64,000 bases of DNA from Eledone cirrhosa (GCA_964016885.1 OZ024758.1:20584001-20648000); one strand, 5' to 3'. Counted from the first letter of the stretch, positions 45,891-61,376 are shown. Notes: a model not told the origin generated them from the letters alone. Translations and numbers: made by a program.

Positions 45891-46207
45891 TTCATTGCCA
45901 GAGTCTCTATGCACCACCTAAGAGAACATTAGTCTACGACCTCTTTTATACCATAAACGTGGTTCTGTCTTTGCGCGTAATTGTTTTACACCGCTCCTAT
46001 TAATGACGTATTATTCGTTTTTTCCCGTTCTTTGCCAGCGAACGTTACCACGAACTAAAGTATCGTATTCCTATCTTCCTCCGGTTGCAATGTTTTATGA
46101 AATATTCAGTACTGCGTTTACAGATTGTCTTTGTTAGTTTCAGAAAAATCCCGTTAAGGGTGAAAGCAGAGATTCTTTGCTTAAACTTTAATCTGTTATT
46201 TTAATAA

Positions 46208-46255
<48 letters not shown>

Positions 46256-46286
46256 CCCCTCTGGCTTCTCAACATTCTCTACCACT

Positions 46287-46642
46287 CAGATGATGGATGG
46301 GTGCTACACGAGATTGCTGAGGATGGCTCTGAACATTAATCAGTATACACTGAGGATGAAAAACTCAGAGCTGTATGGGAGCATCCCAAAAGTCAGCTCA
46401 AAAGTGACACAGAGGAGACTGAGGTTGGCTCACCGACATCCAGAGTTGATATTGCACTCAGTGCTCCTTTGGGAGCCCTTACATGGACACACTAGAAGAG
46501 GAAGACCAACATTAACATATGTTGATGCCCTAAGGACAGACACTGGTCTGTTGGAGATGCAGGATATGGCAGCGATAATGAGGGACAGAGACCGCTGAAG
46601 AGAACTCGTCCATGGATCTCGGGAATTTTACCCGCCTTAGAT

Positions 46643-46645
<3 letters not shown>
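46287..46645 (+). mobile_element. RTE-type LINE 3' fragment
   Basis: MDGCYTRLLRMALNI...LYG...RRLRLA-HRHPE...LLWEP.HG..RRGRP..TYVD, a typical post-RT C-terminus; ends in tagataga. Confidence 0.8.
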
Positions 46646-46722
<77 letters not shown>

Positions 46723-47059
46723 ATGTATGTGTATGTATGTGTGTGCATATGTATGTGTATGTATAGTATCGTTTATACCGAGAGACATACATACATGTAT
46801 GTGTGTATATATATATATGTATGTGTATACGCACGTGTGTATATGTAGATATATATCTATATATATATGTGTGTATGTGTATGCGTGCGTGTGTGTATAT
46901 TTGTGTGTTTGGGTTTTTTGTCTTGTGTGTATATATATGTATATGTATATATGTGTGTATACGTGTGTGTGTGTGTGTGCGTGTGTATGTATATATGTGT
47001 GTATGTATATATATATATATGTATATATATATACACGCATACGCATGTGTATGTATATG

Positions 47060-47129
<70 letters not shown>

Positions 47130-47360
47130 TATGTATGTGTATGTATGTGTATGTATGTGTGTGCATATGTATGTGTATGTATAGTATCGTTTATACCGAG
47201 AGACATACATACATGTATGTGTGTATATATATATATGTATGTGTATACGCCCGTGTGTATATATAGATATATATATATGTGTGTATGTATATATATATAT
47301 ATGTATATATATATACACGCATACGCATGTGTATGTATATGTATGTGTATATATATATAA

Positions 47361-47422
<62 letters not shown>

Positions 47423-47933
47423 ATAGGTATGCATATATATATATATGTGTGTGTAAGTGTTTATGTATGTGGTTGTGAGTATGTAAATATATTTTATTCT
47501 TTCCATTCTACAAAAACACTCTGGCCACCTGTGGCTTGTATGTTAACTTGACCACTCACCTCAGTCTGTGCCATGATTCGGTCTTGTTTATCTTCTATTA
47601 CCAACCCACCTAAAAAAATATCCCTACTATATATCTGTTGAATTACTATTCGTGGGGTTTTTATTTATTTTTTTTTTTCTATTTATTTTCTATATTTATT
47701 CATTCATTTATCTATTTATTCATTTATTTATTTAATTATTTACTTATTTATTTATTTCAAAAAAGCACTCTGGCTAATTGACCACTCCCCCCCCCAAAAA
47801 AAAACGGCCTGTGCCGTGTTGTGGTCCTGTGTATCTAAATACCATCCTATCCCAAAAAATCCCCCCCCCCCAGCCACCACTACTCCCTTACCACTACCTA
47901 AATGTATAAATACCAGAACTTAATATGACACCC

Positions 47934-47984
47934 AGCTTCCTGAAGATTTCATCTGAATGAAACAGTACTAGTCCTGTAGAAGCT
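47934..47984 (+). ncRNA. Type I hammerhead ribozyme with full stem III
   Basis: AGCTTC CTGAAGA tTTCatctGAAt GAAA CAG tactagtc CTG TA GAAGCT. 6-bp stem I, 4-bp stem III, GUA triplet (cut after 47978), 88 nt before a 1.2-kb (TA)n run. Confidence 0.8.
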
Positions 47985-48072
47985 CCTTCTATAAAATAAA
48001 AAAATGTTTACTCTGCCATGTATTGAATACCTTACTTACTGTGGTTATCCACGACTCAACCCGGGACCTACG

Positions 48073-48646
<574 letters not shown>

Positions 48647-48729
48647 AATATATATATATATGTATGTATATATATAAATATATATATGTATGTATATATA
48701 TAAATATATATATATATGTATATATATAA

Positions 48730-48831
<102 letters not shown>

Positions 48832-48838
48832 CTATATG

Positions 48839-49259
<421 letters not shown>

Positions 49260-49324
49260 GTATATATATATATAAGTTTTTTATATGAAATCGTGTGTCG
49301 AAACAAATATTGTTATACTTGGGA

Positions 49325-49984
49325 ATTTGCCCATTATACAGGAGCAAATCATGGAATAGCTTAGATAGGGCTAGACTTAAAATAGGGAAGGCCACATCAT
49401 GGTACAACAACCAGAGATATCAGAGTGTCAAGTTTGTGGACGCCACTCCTGGAGGGAAATTAGCTAACCAGTGTAGAAAGGCCCTGAGAAAGACCCACTT
49501 AAAAATAAAGATGGTAGAAAAGCCAGGAACCACCATAAAATCCCTGATCAGCAAAACCTACCCTTTTAAGAAAACCCACTGTACCAATAGGAAATGTATC
49601 ATATGTAAGGTGAACCCCCGGATAAACTGTAAAACTAGAAACGTAGTCTATAGCATAAGATGTACAGAGGGTACTTGCAGAAACATGACAACAACATACA
49701 TAGGTGAGACAGCTCGTAGCATAGGTGAAAGGATAGACCAACACTGGGGGGAACTAAAAGGACGAAAAAACGGGTCAGTACTAATGGAACATGCTAGACA
49801 ACAACATGACGGTAACATAGACAACATAGAAATTAGAATAATATCTAAACATAGGAATGACCCAGCAGATAGGCAAATAAGAGAGGCCGGTGAAATAGAA
49901 ATTAGAAGACCAAAGCTAAACAGAAAGAATGAGTGGAACAACAACAACACCCAAACAAACAACACTGACCTAAGAGAAGTATAA
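49325..49984 (+). CDS. PLE polyprotein C-terminus: linker, Cys cluster and GIY-YIG endonuclease
   Basis: Cx4Cx2Cx7C cluster, then NVVYSIRC...C...[16 protein letters not shown]...EHARQQH...RQIREA...LNRKNEW; uninterrupted frame. Confidence 0.88.
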   Translation: MCPLYRSKSWNSLDRARLKIGKATSWYNNQRYQSVKFVDATPGGKLANQCRKALRKTHLKIKMVEKPGTTIKSLISKTYPFKKTHCTNRKCIICKVNPRINCKTRNVVYSIRCTEGTCRNMTTTYIGETARSIGERIDQHWGELKGRKNGSVLMEHARQQHDGNIDNIEIRIISKHRNDPADRQIREAGEIEIRRPKLNRKNEWNNNNTQTNNTDLREV

Positions 49985-50252
49985 ATAAGTAAATAAAATA
50001 AAATAAAATAAGATAAATAAATACATACACAAGCACAATAACAACAAGCACATAAACACACACTAGTCACCCAGCAGACACAACACTATACACACTAGTC
50101 ACACAGCAAACATAACACTATACACACACGCAAACGCATGCGCAAAGAAGACAAAATAAAATAAACAAACAAGCAAATAAATAAATAAATATATAGACAG
50201 ACTGAATAAAAAATGGCGTAGACATATAACGCAACAGGAGGAAAAAATATAA

Positions 50253-50296
50253 CACCACTGACGATGTTGCAGATGTGCAACGAAAGATTTATGTAA
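50253..50296 (+). ncRNA. Hammerhead in the PLE 3' terminal repeat
   Basis: CTGACGA t GTTGCA gatg TGCAAC GAAA GATT TA tg. Perfect 6-bp stem II, stem I' only 2 bp. Same sense as the endonuclease ORF. Confidence 0.65.
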
Positions 50297-50505
50297 ATTA
50301 TGTAAACTATATATATATGTGTTTGTGTCTATATTGTATCTGTATTATTTGTGACCGTTGGTAAGTCGATGGCAACATTGAGGACCAAGTAAGTTAGATC
50401 GCAGATATAAAAGACAGCGAGAAGCGAAAACCAACTAAACAGTGAGTGTGTTCTGTTATTAATTCTGGCAATATTACACAAATATCACCCTCCCCAAGTA
50501 TAACA

Positions 50506-50601
<96 letters not shown>

Positions 50602-50628
50602 CTATATATATATATCTATATATATATA

Positions 50629-50675
<47 letters not shown>

Positions 50676-50696
50676 CTATATATATATATACATATA

Positions 50697-50819
<123 letters not shown>

Positions 50820-50842
50820 CTATATATATATATATATATATC

Positions 50843-50917
<75 letters not shown>

Positions 50918-50919
<2 letters not shown>

Positions 50920-51143
50920 AGAAGATATCGAAAGTACAACTGGAGTATTTTTTAAAATATTTATTTATTTCGCGAGACGAACCGCAAACCCTCCATCTCA
51001 ATTCTACTTTTGAAAAGTATAAGAACTGTGAGGCCGGTAAAGGGAATAAATAAATATTCTTTGAAAGACTCCAGTTGCATTTTCGATTTCTTTTTCCCCC
51101 GTGTAAGACATTTGCTTTTCATTTATTAAAAGAAACACATTTT

Positions 51144-51145
<2 letters not shown>
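50918..51145. mobile_element. Second family G fold-back with a decayed U3-A8 hammerhead
   Basis: TTGAAAA gtat aagaa ctgt GAGG CCGG TA AAGG at ~51005-51045; inverted arms caactggagt / actccagttg. Confidence 0.7.
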
Positions 51146-51185
<40 letters not shown>

Positions 51186-53129
51186 CCAAAAATGTTTTAT
51201 TAAATAACAGAATAGAGCGATCGTTATACTAACCATCGCTTGAAATCTACATTTTCATATTACAAACGCTACCAGGATTGAACACCTGTCTGCATCTCCG
51301 TTTGATTGTCAAAATACATATTAACATTCTCTATTACTCTTAATTCTATCAACTCTTCTTTTCTTTACCATTTAATATAAACTGCTATAGATAAAATGAG
51401 ATTTTTTAATTCAATTCCCTAATGCATATGCCAGCAGGCTACAAGCATTGTTGTTATACAGTAGCAGTGAAAATATCCCTCTTCCTTACTTGACACTTTC
51501 CAACTGTATTAATACTACTACAACAAACGACCAGCCCTGTTTCAACCATTGTTCAACTGGTCAGATATAGATTAAAATAGGCACTCCCAAAAATTCTTAT
51601 TTAGATAAAATAAGCCATATACTCATTGTATTCTCATTAAAAACCTTCTATATACTTGTTTACCAGCAAATTGAATTACCATCTGCCATATACTATCCCT
51701 TCTCTTCATCCTTTCTTACAACTAATATAAATATTTTGATTTTTCTGATTTTTTCCAATTTATCCAATATCTCTGAAGAAGTGACAACTGGTTATACTAT
51801 CGAATACTTGCTAACATTATATGATTACGCAAGAACGATACATAGGTATTCCGTCTGTTACAGAAACATATGTCAATACCTAATAAATTCCTTTATAAAA
51901 GCACTTTCATTTTATATTCATCTTTTCTATATATATATATATAATGCTTTACTTTAAATTAATATACATTCATAACGCCATTGCATATTACTATTTTTCA
52001 CACCTTAGGCTAAATAGAATAATTTTTTAAAACAAGGATAATGAAGTCCCTTGCCTTCAACCTCTTGCAAAATAAACAGTAAATGTTGCTGCAATTTGCT
52101 ATACAATGTACCTAATGTTTGTAACTGAACATTCTTCCTGTTGCCTAAAGCAACTTAGCAGTGCTTGTAAAAAGGAAATATAACAGTTCGTAGCAATATT
52201 AAAATTATTGTATTTAATACACAAGTAAATACTACAGTCACATTATTGATATGGAATGCAAATACAGCAACAGTGAAAGTCATTAAACGCAATATTCTGG
52301 GGGCAATATACTCATTCAATTATATATGATTAACATACAAAAAGAAAAAAGTTACTTGAAACATTTTACTTATTATAAAAGATATATATGGATTATGTGA
52401 CACTGTCCACCTGGTTTCTATTTACATTTCATTTTACAATTATACACTGAGGTTTTGTTTAATCATATTTCTGTACTTATATCTCCATATGTGAGAGATT
52501 TCAAATCGTGTCTTTCCATATCACTGACAGTATCTAAAATTTATGAGTCTTCAGAATATTTTTTTTATTTCATCACTTAGAAATTTGGAGCCACTGCAAA
52601 ATACATTTTAACCAGAGAGCATCACAAATAAAAAGGAATCTTATGTATAGATCTATATGAAAACATATATAGACATAAATTATAACATACATAATGATGT
52701 TACTATAGCACATGGTTTTAATACAGGCACTAGAGGGGCCACTGTTCTTAGCGCCAAGCTCTCTTCCCCATGAAAGACTCGAACAACACACATCGCTTCT
52801 CGCAGTGAATATAACCTCACAAAGAATCTGAAGAAATTATTCAGCACGTAAATTGTTACACATATAAATACATACAGACACACGTACACAGACATACAGA
52901 CAGACACAGAGACACATAGACACACATACAACAATGGTGTAGGTGTGTAGGTGTATGTGACTGTATGGTTATTCATATTCATTGTTTACAAACATCTTAT
53001 TAAAATACAAAGACGTTAGAGAGAGATATTCTGAATGCAATCAAAGAAACAAAAAAGCAAAAGAAAATAACGAAAAGGCTCCAGTAATATTGTGAATCCA
53101 TATATACAATCTCTTTTTTCTATTATCAG

Positions 53130-53242
53130 TTCGTGGGAGATATCTAACACGCCAGAAACATCTTTCCCATTTATATGATTTAAAATTAGGACAAATCTCA
53201 CCACAGTCCACAGCTGTTTCTGAAGCTACATTCATCAGATAA
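53130..53242 (+). CDS. Possible small terminal exon
   Basis: Pyrimidine tract and CAG acceptor at 53127-53129, frame RGRYLTRQKHLSHLYDLKLGQISPQSTAVSEATFIR*, AATAAA near 53270. No homology recognised. Confidence 0.25.
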
Positions 53243-53648
53243 ACATTGTGTATAGTTTAATGAAACGTTAATAAACGTAAAGGATTCTAAATTGAAAATC
53301 ACCATCAAATCTTAAGTCAAACAATGAACAAACAACATCGCTATCACGTTGCAATGATTTTAATGAATCGTTTTGTTTCAAGGTCCACGATTAATAGAAA
53401 TGAAAACAAACAATTCTAGAAGGGAAACAATTATATTTAAAAAAAAAAAGATATTGTCTTGCAATAAATAAAACATATGTTGAAATTATTTGAAATTATT
53501 TATTCCATAAATTTGAAGTAGATTTGTCCTTCCAGGAAAATAACATTAATTATTAATTTACATACGCATAGAATTATATTCGCAACTCATTTCATGTGTA
53601 TATTCCTTGGCACACACACATACACGCATATGCATATACACATATGTT

Positions 53649-53735
<87 letters not shown>

Positions 53736-53836
53736 GTGTGTTGTGTGTTGGGTGGGACTGCGTGTTTGCATGTGCGTGTCAGGGAGGAAGGTTTTTTTGA
53801 GTATGTGTGTGTATGAATAAGTATATACGTATGTAA

Positions 53837-53892
<56 letters not shown>

Positions 53893-54763
53893 TGGTCTTG
53901 GGCCAAAAGTAAAAACAATTATTATTACTATATATATATATATAGTATAAGATTGCACGTGTACACATTCGTAAACGTTTACCATACGAACAGGCTGTTC
54001 CATTCATCGAACAGCCAATGCAACTGTTGTTGAAACCGAGGTCTGTCGACTACATTTTTACTATCCCACATGTATGTCGATATGATGGTGCATTTCGTCA
54101 TGAAAGAATGATATTTGATGTGAAGTGTAACCGTAATTTCTTGTTAAAATACTGGCGATGGAAACCTAGTTAGATGCTTGTAGCTAACCGGAACACAGCC
54201 AGAACAGATGGGGAGATGTTGAAGGGCAGTGAGTGTTTCAAATATTAATGATAGAAGATTTATTGATGCTGTCATAGGAATAAGATGCTGGCTGAAAGGA
54301 TGCAACTCAGAAATTCTTGATAGGGAGCCAAACATCTTGGAAATAGATTTGTCAATTATAATTATGTAAGTTCATAGTAAATTTTAGAGCTGGTATTGAA
54401 ATATTTGGATACAGTGGTGGAGAGTGAATATAGAGCAGTTTCTGTACGTCACAATTCCAGGGAAGCATAGAAATGAACCTTTTCTAAAAGTCAAATACAA
54501 ACATTTCGGCAATCAGTTCCAAACAGACACATACACACACCTCCTGTCTTAAACATTCTCATTCTTTCTCTCTCACACAAAGACACAATCAGACTCACAC
54601 TCACTGAAACACATACATGCTCATACACACATTTAATTATTGCATTCGAATGTATCGATGTGTGTATTAAACTAATTAGAATATGTTCCACATATATAAC
54701 TTGGTTCTAGTTAAGAGAATGCCTGCCGAGTAAAAGTAATCATATGTAGAAATCAAGGGAAAA

Positions 54764-54892
54764 TAATTGTTTCTTCTTTTGGCACAAGGCCAGCCATACC
54801 CCTGTGCATTACTGGTACTTTATGTTATCGACCCCGTAAGGATGAAAAATAAAGTTAACCTCGACGGGATTTGAACTCAGACCGTAAAAGGA
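54764..54892 (-). mobile_element. SINE copy, 5'-truncated
   Basis: Reverse complement of the 337-528 family. Confidence 0.8.
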
Positions 54893-55504
54893 CAATAATA
54901 CCATCTTTCTAATCACTAGACCATTTGGAAATTGTTGATAGAACTGGTAAATATAATACTATAATACTATAATAATAATAATGTAATTTTGAACGATATG
55001 TTTTTTCTGTTTACCTCTTAGACTGCCGTTTACTGCTTAACTCAAAGCTATCCATTGCTTCTTCATAGTTCCTGTTTGAAATATTTGGGGTGATTGAATG
55101 TATATCGATTTATTTTTTGTGAGAAAGTGAGGCGAGATATTTGCAGTAATATTTAATAAATAAAATATGGAATCACTAACACTAAAGGCTAATATATGCT
55201 TTCATATCTTTATTGAAAAGGGTGTGAATATATTGTCAAATAGAGCTCAATTCTTATGAAATTGTTGTAACCATCTCACAATATCCCATATATCCGTTCC
55301 TTCTAAAGTAATTCTGATTTTCACACTCGAAAACATATCTTAAAAACTGCTATCTTTGGAGACGTTCATGTCGTCCTAATATTTCCAAAAAATATTTTTA
55401 AAAATTCACTTTGGTCTGGATTTTCAGTATATTTTTATGAATAATACAGGTGGATAATTATGTTCATCATTGGTTGACCAAGAGCTAAACATGTAAATAT
55501 AATT

Positions 55505-55551
55505 TATCAAAGTCCTTTCGTTACACATTTGTGTGACATCTTCAGTGGATA
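55505..55551 (-). ncRNA. Near-intact minimal hammerhead
   Basis: tatcca CTGAAGA t GTcACAC aaat GTGTaAC GAAA GGAC TT tgata; same design as 50253-50296. Confidence 0.55.
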
Positions 55552-55870
55552 TCACTTATTTTAAACTACATTATGTATATGACTAATTCTATGATCAGTA
55601 TTACAAAACATGTTGTGATGCTTTAAATATGTATGAGACAAGCTGCAATCAAAGTATCGTTACCTCAGTTAACTTGAAGCATTTTATATTTGTGAAACTG
55701 CACGGGTGTTCATATACGCGAGAGAGATTTTAATATAGAGTGCGATGTCTTGCATGATAAACCAATATATCTGTTACAAATGGTGTGTTCGTGATTTAGA
55801 TCAAAAAATTAGGAAATCGATAAATGAATATTTTACCCATTACAGATTCAAGAGCAGTTAACAGTCGCCA

Positions 55871-55923
55871 CCGAACTGATGAATATGCTTCGAATTGAAG
55901 CATGATGCGATTTATATCTACGG
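55871..55923 (+). ncRNA. Decayed hammerhead
   Basis: ccgaa CTGATGA at ATGCTTCG aat TGAAGCAT gatgc GAtt TATA TC tacgg; GAAA mutated. Confidence 0.4.
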
Positions 55924-56167
55924 CTTTTTTCTGATTTTCATTCTCAATAAATGCTGTTCACACATTAAGAGAGATTCAATGAATTCATATTTCTGTATCA
56001 GAAATATTACAGTATGTAACATTTAGCAGATACGTTTATATTAATTCATAATTGATATATTCGATCATAACGAACTGAAGATGTTTATTTATATTTACGT
56101 AAAAAACGTTGTAGATGAGACAAACTGCATAGAATTATGAGCAACAATTACATGAAATGTATATATA

Positions 56168-56227
<60 letters not shown>

Positions 56228-56242
56228 GATATATATAATGGA

Positions 56243-56392
56243 AATCTCAATGAAAGGAAATATTTTTACAGGAACGTATACACACACACACACAGACACA
56301 TATATATATATATATATATTTATGTGTGTGTGTATATACATATATTAAAAATGTATATGTTTATGTACAAATATTTCCTTTCATTTGAGATT
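56243..56392. repeat. Inverted repeat around a microsatellite spacer
   Basis: aatctcaatgaaaggaaatatttttaca / tgtacaaatatttcctttcatttgagatt. Confidence 0.75.
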
Positions 56393-56771
56393 ATTATTGA
56401 CACCTACGTAAATCTATATTAAATGAATTTGTGTCATAAAAAACATGAATTATTTAATGATTCTTAGAATGTTCAACGTTGCACATACACTGCTTTAAAT
56501 GTTGTGATTCAAAGAGAAATAGAATTTATACATTTACCATATAATTAATAATTTTTGGTTAATATAGGAAAAACATGTAACTTGCCAGAGATTTTATCAT
56601 AGTAAATGAGATGTAACATTGGCTTTCAGGTAATTCTCTCACATTTTTTAATGCACAGTTAAACATATTTAGCCAAGTTAGTATTGAAACGCACAACGCA
56701 CACACATATGTACATATATATATACATACGCACACACACACATATACATACACACACGCACGTATGCCTAT

Positions 56772-56817
<46 letters not shown>

Positions 56818-58049
56818 GACTTTACTATCGTAGACCAAATACCCTAACCATAACTTCACAATATATATATATATATATATGTGTGTGTGCGTATGTGGTG
56901 TGTGAGCGTGTGTGTATGTATGTATGTGTCTATATGTGTGTTAGTATATGTGTGTGTGTATTTGGGGTCATATGAAAATAAGCATGAAGTTCAGTATTTT
57001 TTTGAGTAGCTTATGCTAAACGCCACCTAGTACGAAGTACCCTTTTGAATGCTTCAAGAATATCTTCATCTATTAAGTTAAGAATTCCGAATTTCCTTTG
57101 TATTTACGAGCGTAGTAGCCTTCGATATATAACATGCATTGACATTTCTTATTGAAATATATGATTTATGCCATTTGTGGTGCGTAGTACTTCATACCAA
57201 TATGGTATGGACGTTATAAATGATTTGAGCAAATATTTACCCCTTATACATTTAACAATACGCGGCGCAATCATGAACCTATAAATATTTTGTGGTATGC
57301 CATATGGTTTCCTGAGAGTTAGAACTGCAGAATGTTATGAGGAAATTTATATTACAACGATGAGAATATACGATGAAGTACGCAATAGCTTTCACATAAA
57401 AAAGAAAAATATTCGATGACTTATTGTTAATTTCTTCCATGAGAATTGATATAATATTTTCCGTGCATCATTACAGTAACGTATATGAGCCAGTGTAATA
57501 TAGCTAATACCGATTGGGTGCACTAGAGAGATAAATAAGTCTGAATATCGGAATTGCATTCATTCCGGATGAGATAGTTTCCTCCTGTATCTATTAATAT
57601 GATAATATATATCTGCACTATATACTCTAAAACATTATATTAGATTTAATTGACCAAATCCAACCTCAAATCTAGTTTTATTCTGTAAAGGCAAATTATA
57701 ATGATTCCCTTTTCCTAAACGTACACAATATTTATAATATGAAATATATCCATCTGGTTATTGGGTTCGAAATAAAGAGCAGCCTATCATAACCATTATG
57801 ATTTAACAGTAAATCCTAAGTAGATATTGATTCTGTTTATAGGAATAGTTTTAATGTTTAGGTGAAAAGAAATTGAATGATGCATATATTATTCATTTGA
57901 AACAGTATTGTTTTAATGGAATCAGCTGAACATAATGGAGACATTAAGGTGTCGGAAGTACATTCAAAATATTATATAACGGGTTCTTTACATAGTCTGG
58001 TTTGTGTGTGGTGTTTTCCTTGCAAAACACTTCATTCTATGTTGTTTCA

Positions 58050-58220
58050 GTATACTCAGCTGGAAAATATACGAGTACTGGCATTCGGATGGGTTAACAA
58101 TGGGATTGGCATGTTCCATATTCAAAGGGAGCGGGATGTATTGTAGTATCAGTCGCTTACACCCATGGAATCCGAGAGAAGCACCGGCCTGATGAACCTT
58201 TAGGCCGGAGACAGACATAA
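58050..58220 (+). mobile_element. Old SINE remnant with Deu/Nin-domain-like 3' region
   Basis: agtcgctt...atggaatccgagagaagcaccggcctgatgaacc resembles the Deu/Nin SINE domain as remembered; not verified. Confidence 0.45.
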
Positions 58221-59034
58221 CATCGACAATCTCTATGCCGGGACCCTTGTAAACAATAACTATTCAAGACCTGCGTATAGTTCTTTTATCAAACATTAAA
58301 TTAAGAATTCATGTCCATTACTCACTAGTATATAACCATAAAAAAAGTTGAATTATATCTATAATTGTGACCGGGAACACTGGTTATTTCAAATGCTTAA
58401 ATAGAAGTTCAAAATTGACATTTTAGGTTAGTTACAAAGCATTAAATTATAATTTTATTGCAGATAAGTGGATACTAATTGTATGATATTTCCATGTAAA
58501 ATTGATCACATTACTTATAATTCATAGTGAGAATATTCATGCTTTGGCATTTTCATTATATAATTAAATTTATGATAAGTATGTTTGATTCTTCTTCTGA
58601 TTCCCCAACATGTACATTTAAAAATTAAGCACTAATAAATGCCATACTATACGTCTCATATTCTTTAAATTACTAAAGAATTTTAATTAACTATCATTGG
58701 TATTTATATTCCTCTGTACATGGAAAATAATTAGCAAATGGCTTGTACTTATGTCTAGAGCCAGAAAGTTTCCTCTTGGAAAGGAAAATTAAAAATATGG
58801 TAAATTGGACTTCAAATATCATTTGAAATACCAATCCAATACTTATTAAATTTAATTCCATACATTACAGTGAAGAACGAATTGAAAACTCATAATCCAC
58901 TTTATTATATAGAACATATATAGAAAGCGGTGTTTAGCAATTTACACACACGCACACTCACATGGTTACACCCTCCCACAAGTGGACACAATTTGAAACA
59001 CACACATACACACACACACACCCACATGTATATA

Positions 59035-59147
<113 letters not shown>

Positions 59148-59196
59148 TAGGTATTTTAAGGTAAATTTGAAATTGTTATATATCTGTATTTATGTA

Positions 59197-59249
<53 letters not shown>

Positions 59250-59660
59250 ATAATAATAATAAATTTTAAGACTAAAATTCAAAGAGGGCTCGAAAAGGAT
59301 ACATATATATCAGATATATAAGAACCGTAGTGCAAATATTTATTAAAATAACAGATTAAAGTTTAACCAAAGAATCGCTGCTTTCATCCTTAGCGGGATT
59401 TTCTGAAACTAATAAGTATATCTCTATATATATATAATAAAATAAATGTTTCTTCCTCATAATCCTCTCTTTCTCCCTGTTTTCATATATATATATATAT
59501 ATAACTAGGAGTTAGCTTGAAGCATACAGATATGTATAGAAATTTAGTATTTTCAAAGAAATACAGTATGTTTACAGGGTACACATTTAGGAAGCCGTAA
59601 CTATGCAAAACACCGGGGCTGACGCCCTCTGGTGATATCCACCAGAAGCAAGGGGGGACA

Positions 59661-59703
59661 ATCGTCTCTGCATTTCAACTTACCTAGTCTTCATCAGGCC
59701 GAT
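59661..59703 (-). ncRNA. Decayed hammerhead in a family C element (59506-59765)
   Basis: atcggc CTGATGA aGACT aggta AGTT GAAA TGCA GA gacgat; U16.1 replaced by G. Confidence 0.5.
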
Positions 59704-59767
59704 ATCTCCCATGGTTACGACTGCTAGACTTGAGAACAGTCGAGAATCTAGAATATATAGTTTTCTC

Positions 59768-59871
<104 letters not shown>

Positions 59872-60208
59872 GAATTAGTATATCTAGTAACATATATTTA
59901 CACACAGATGCATACTTATGCTAGCAAATATATAGCGGTATTAAGTGAATAATTGGTGGTGGTAAGAAAATGAGAAACCTATGCATAGGCAGTGTACATG
60001 TTACGAATCATGAGGAGGTGTCTAATTCGTGTATTTAATCGTATACGAAATGCCCATAACAGGTTGATACAAAATAAAAATCAAACTACTTATTTTATAT
60101 ATATATATATATATATATTCCTTTGTTATATTTAGAATACCTGAAGATGTAACCGGATAATAAACCTTTTAAGGAATTACACCAGTCCAGAACATCCTCT
60201 TATTTTAT

Positions 60209-60243
<35 letters not shown>

Positions 60244-61227
60244 ACTATCCTTACACTCAGATTCGTACATAAACATAGGTTGTTTCAGATATCTATGAGT
60301 GTTCAGATGGAATACATACACCTGGAGGATATAAATAATTTTTCATGCACTGTTTATTTATTCATGCCTTGAAAGCGGAAAAACGATTGCATCGTTATTA
60401 AATGTGTCCTCAAGTTGCATTCCATAGAAAGTACGACAATGGCGGATGAATTGATTACACTCTGAATGAAACACGTGACATATCAATCTGCATTTTAATG
60501 AGAATTAACACTTGAGCTTGTTAACGGCCATGGGGTCTTAGATATAAGGAGAATATTACTACTATCATTCAGTTTTAATTTACCGTAAAGTATACTTAAA
60601 AATATGAAATGGGAATTTATATTTCTTTCACGCGTTCACAAATGGATTATATTTTCCTTGAATAAAAACATTAAGTGTTGCTAAGATTCATAATCATCTA
60701 AAACGAATTTACTCAACGATTTGAATATTTAATCTACAGCGAACTTGGATTGTTTGATAATTGAAATTACGTAGGTATGCCTGAGACTCAATTCTAATAG
60801 AAATAACGTTTCCCAAAACAATGCACGAGTATAATAACATAGTGTTATGCATATCTTAATACAGGTGAACGTGCTCTTTTTGAAATTACAGACATGAGTT
60901 ATAAATTGAAAATGTTGTAGATAAATAAAGGCATAGGCAATCCAGGAAAATGTTACAAAACGTGTAATATAAGAGAACAGCTCTGATATATGAACTCAAT
61001 GTAATTAAAATATAAATCAAAACTCAGAAATATATCTATATATTACTAAACTTGATTATTCAGTGTACAAAATAGATTTTACGATAAGACAAACACATTC
61101 AACAAGGGAAATCAGTGTAACAGCGGGTTGACCTATTATTTTCAAATGAATAACAACCATATGTATTTATTTATATGTGTGTGAATGTGCATCATCATAA
61201 TATATTCTCTATATATATACGATACAG

Positions 61228-61376
<149 letters not shown>

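Larger units (their letters stand above)
49276..50508 (+). mobile_element. 5'-truncated Penelope-like retroelement inserted in (TA)n
   Basis: GIY-YIG ORF, downstream hammerhead, 16-bp inverted match tattgttatacttggg (~49308) / cccaagtataacaata (~50493), and long (TA)n on both sides. Confidence 0.88.

Noticed and set aside
49325-49984. Selenocysteine recoding as reported for some Naiad PLEs
   Set aside because: No in-frame TGA in this fragment and no SECIS recognised.
53204-53244. Minus-strand CTGATGA..GAAACAGCTGTG
   Set aside because: The triplet would be GUG and stem I does not pair. It overlaps a possible exon, so neither reading is secure.
58185-58215. CTGATGA followed by a hairpin
   Set aside because: No GAAA or stem III; better explained as part of an old SINE domain.
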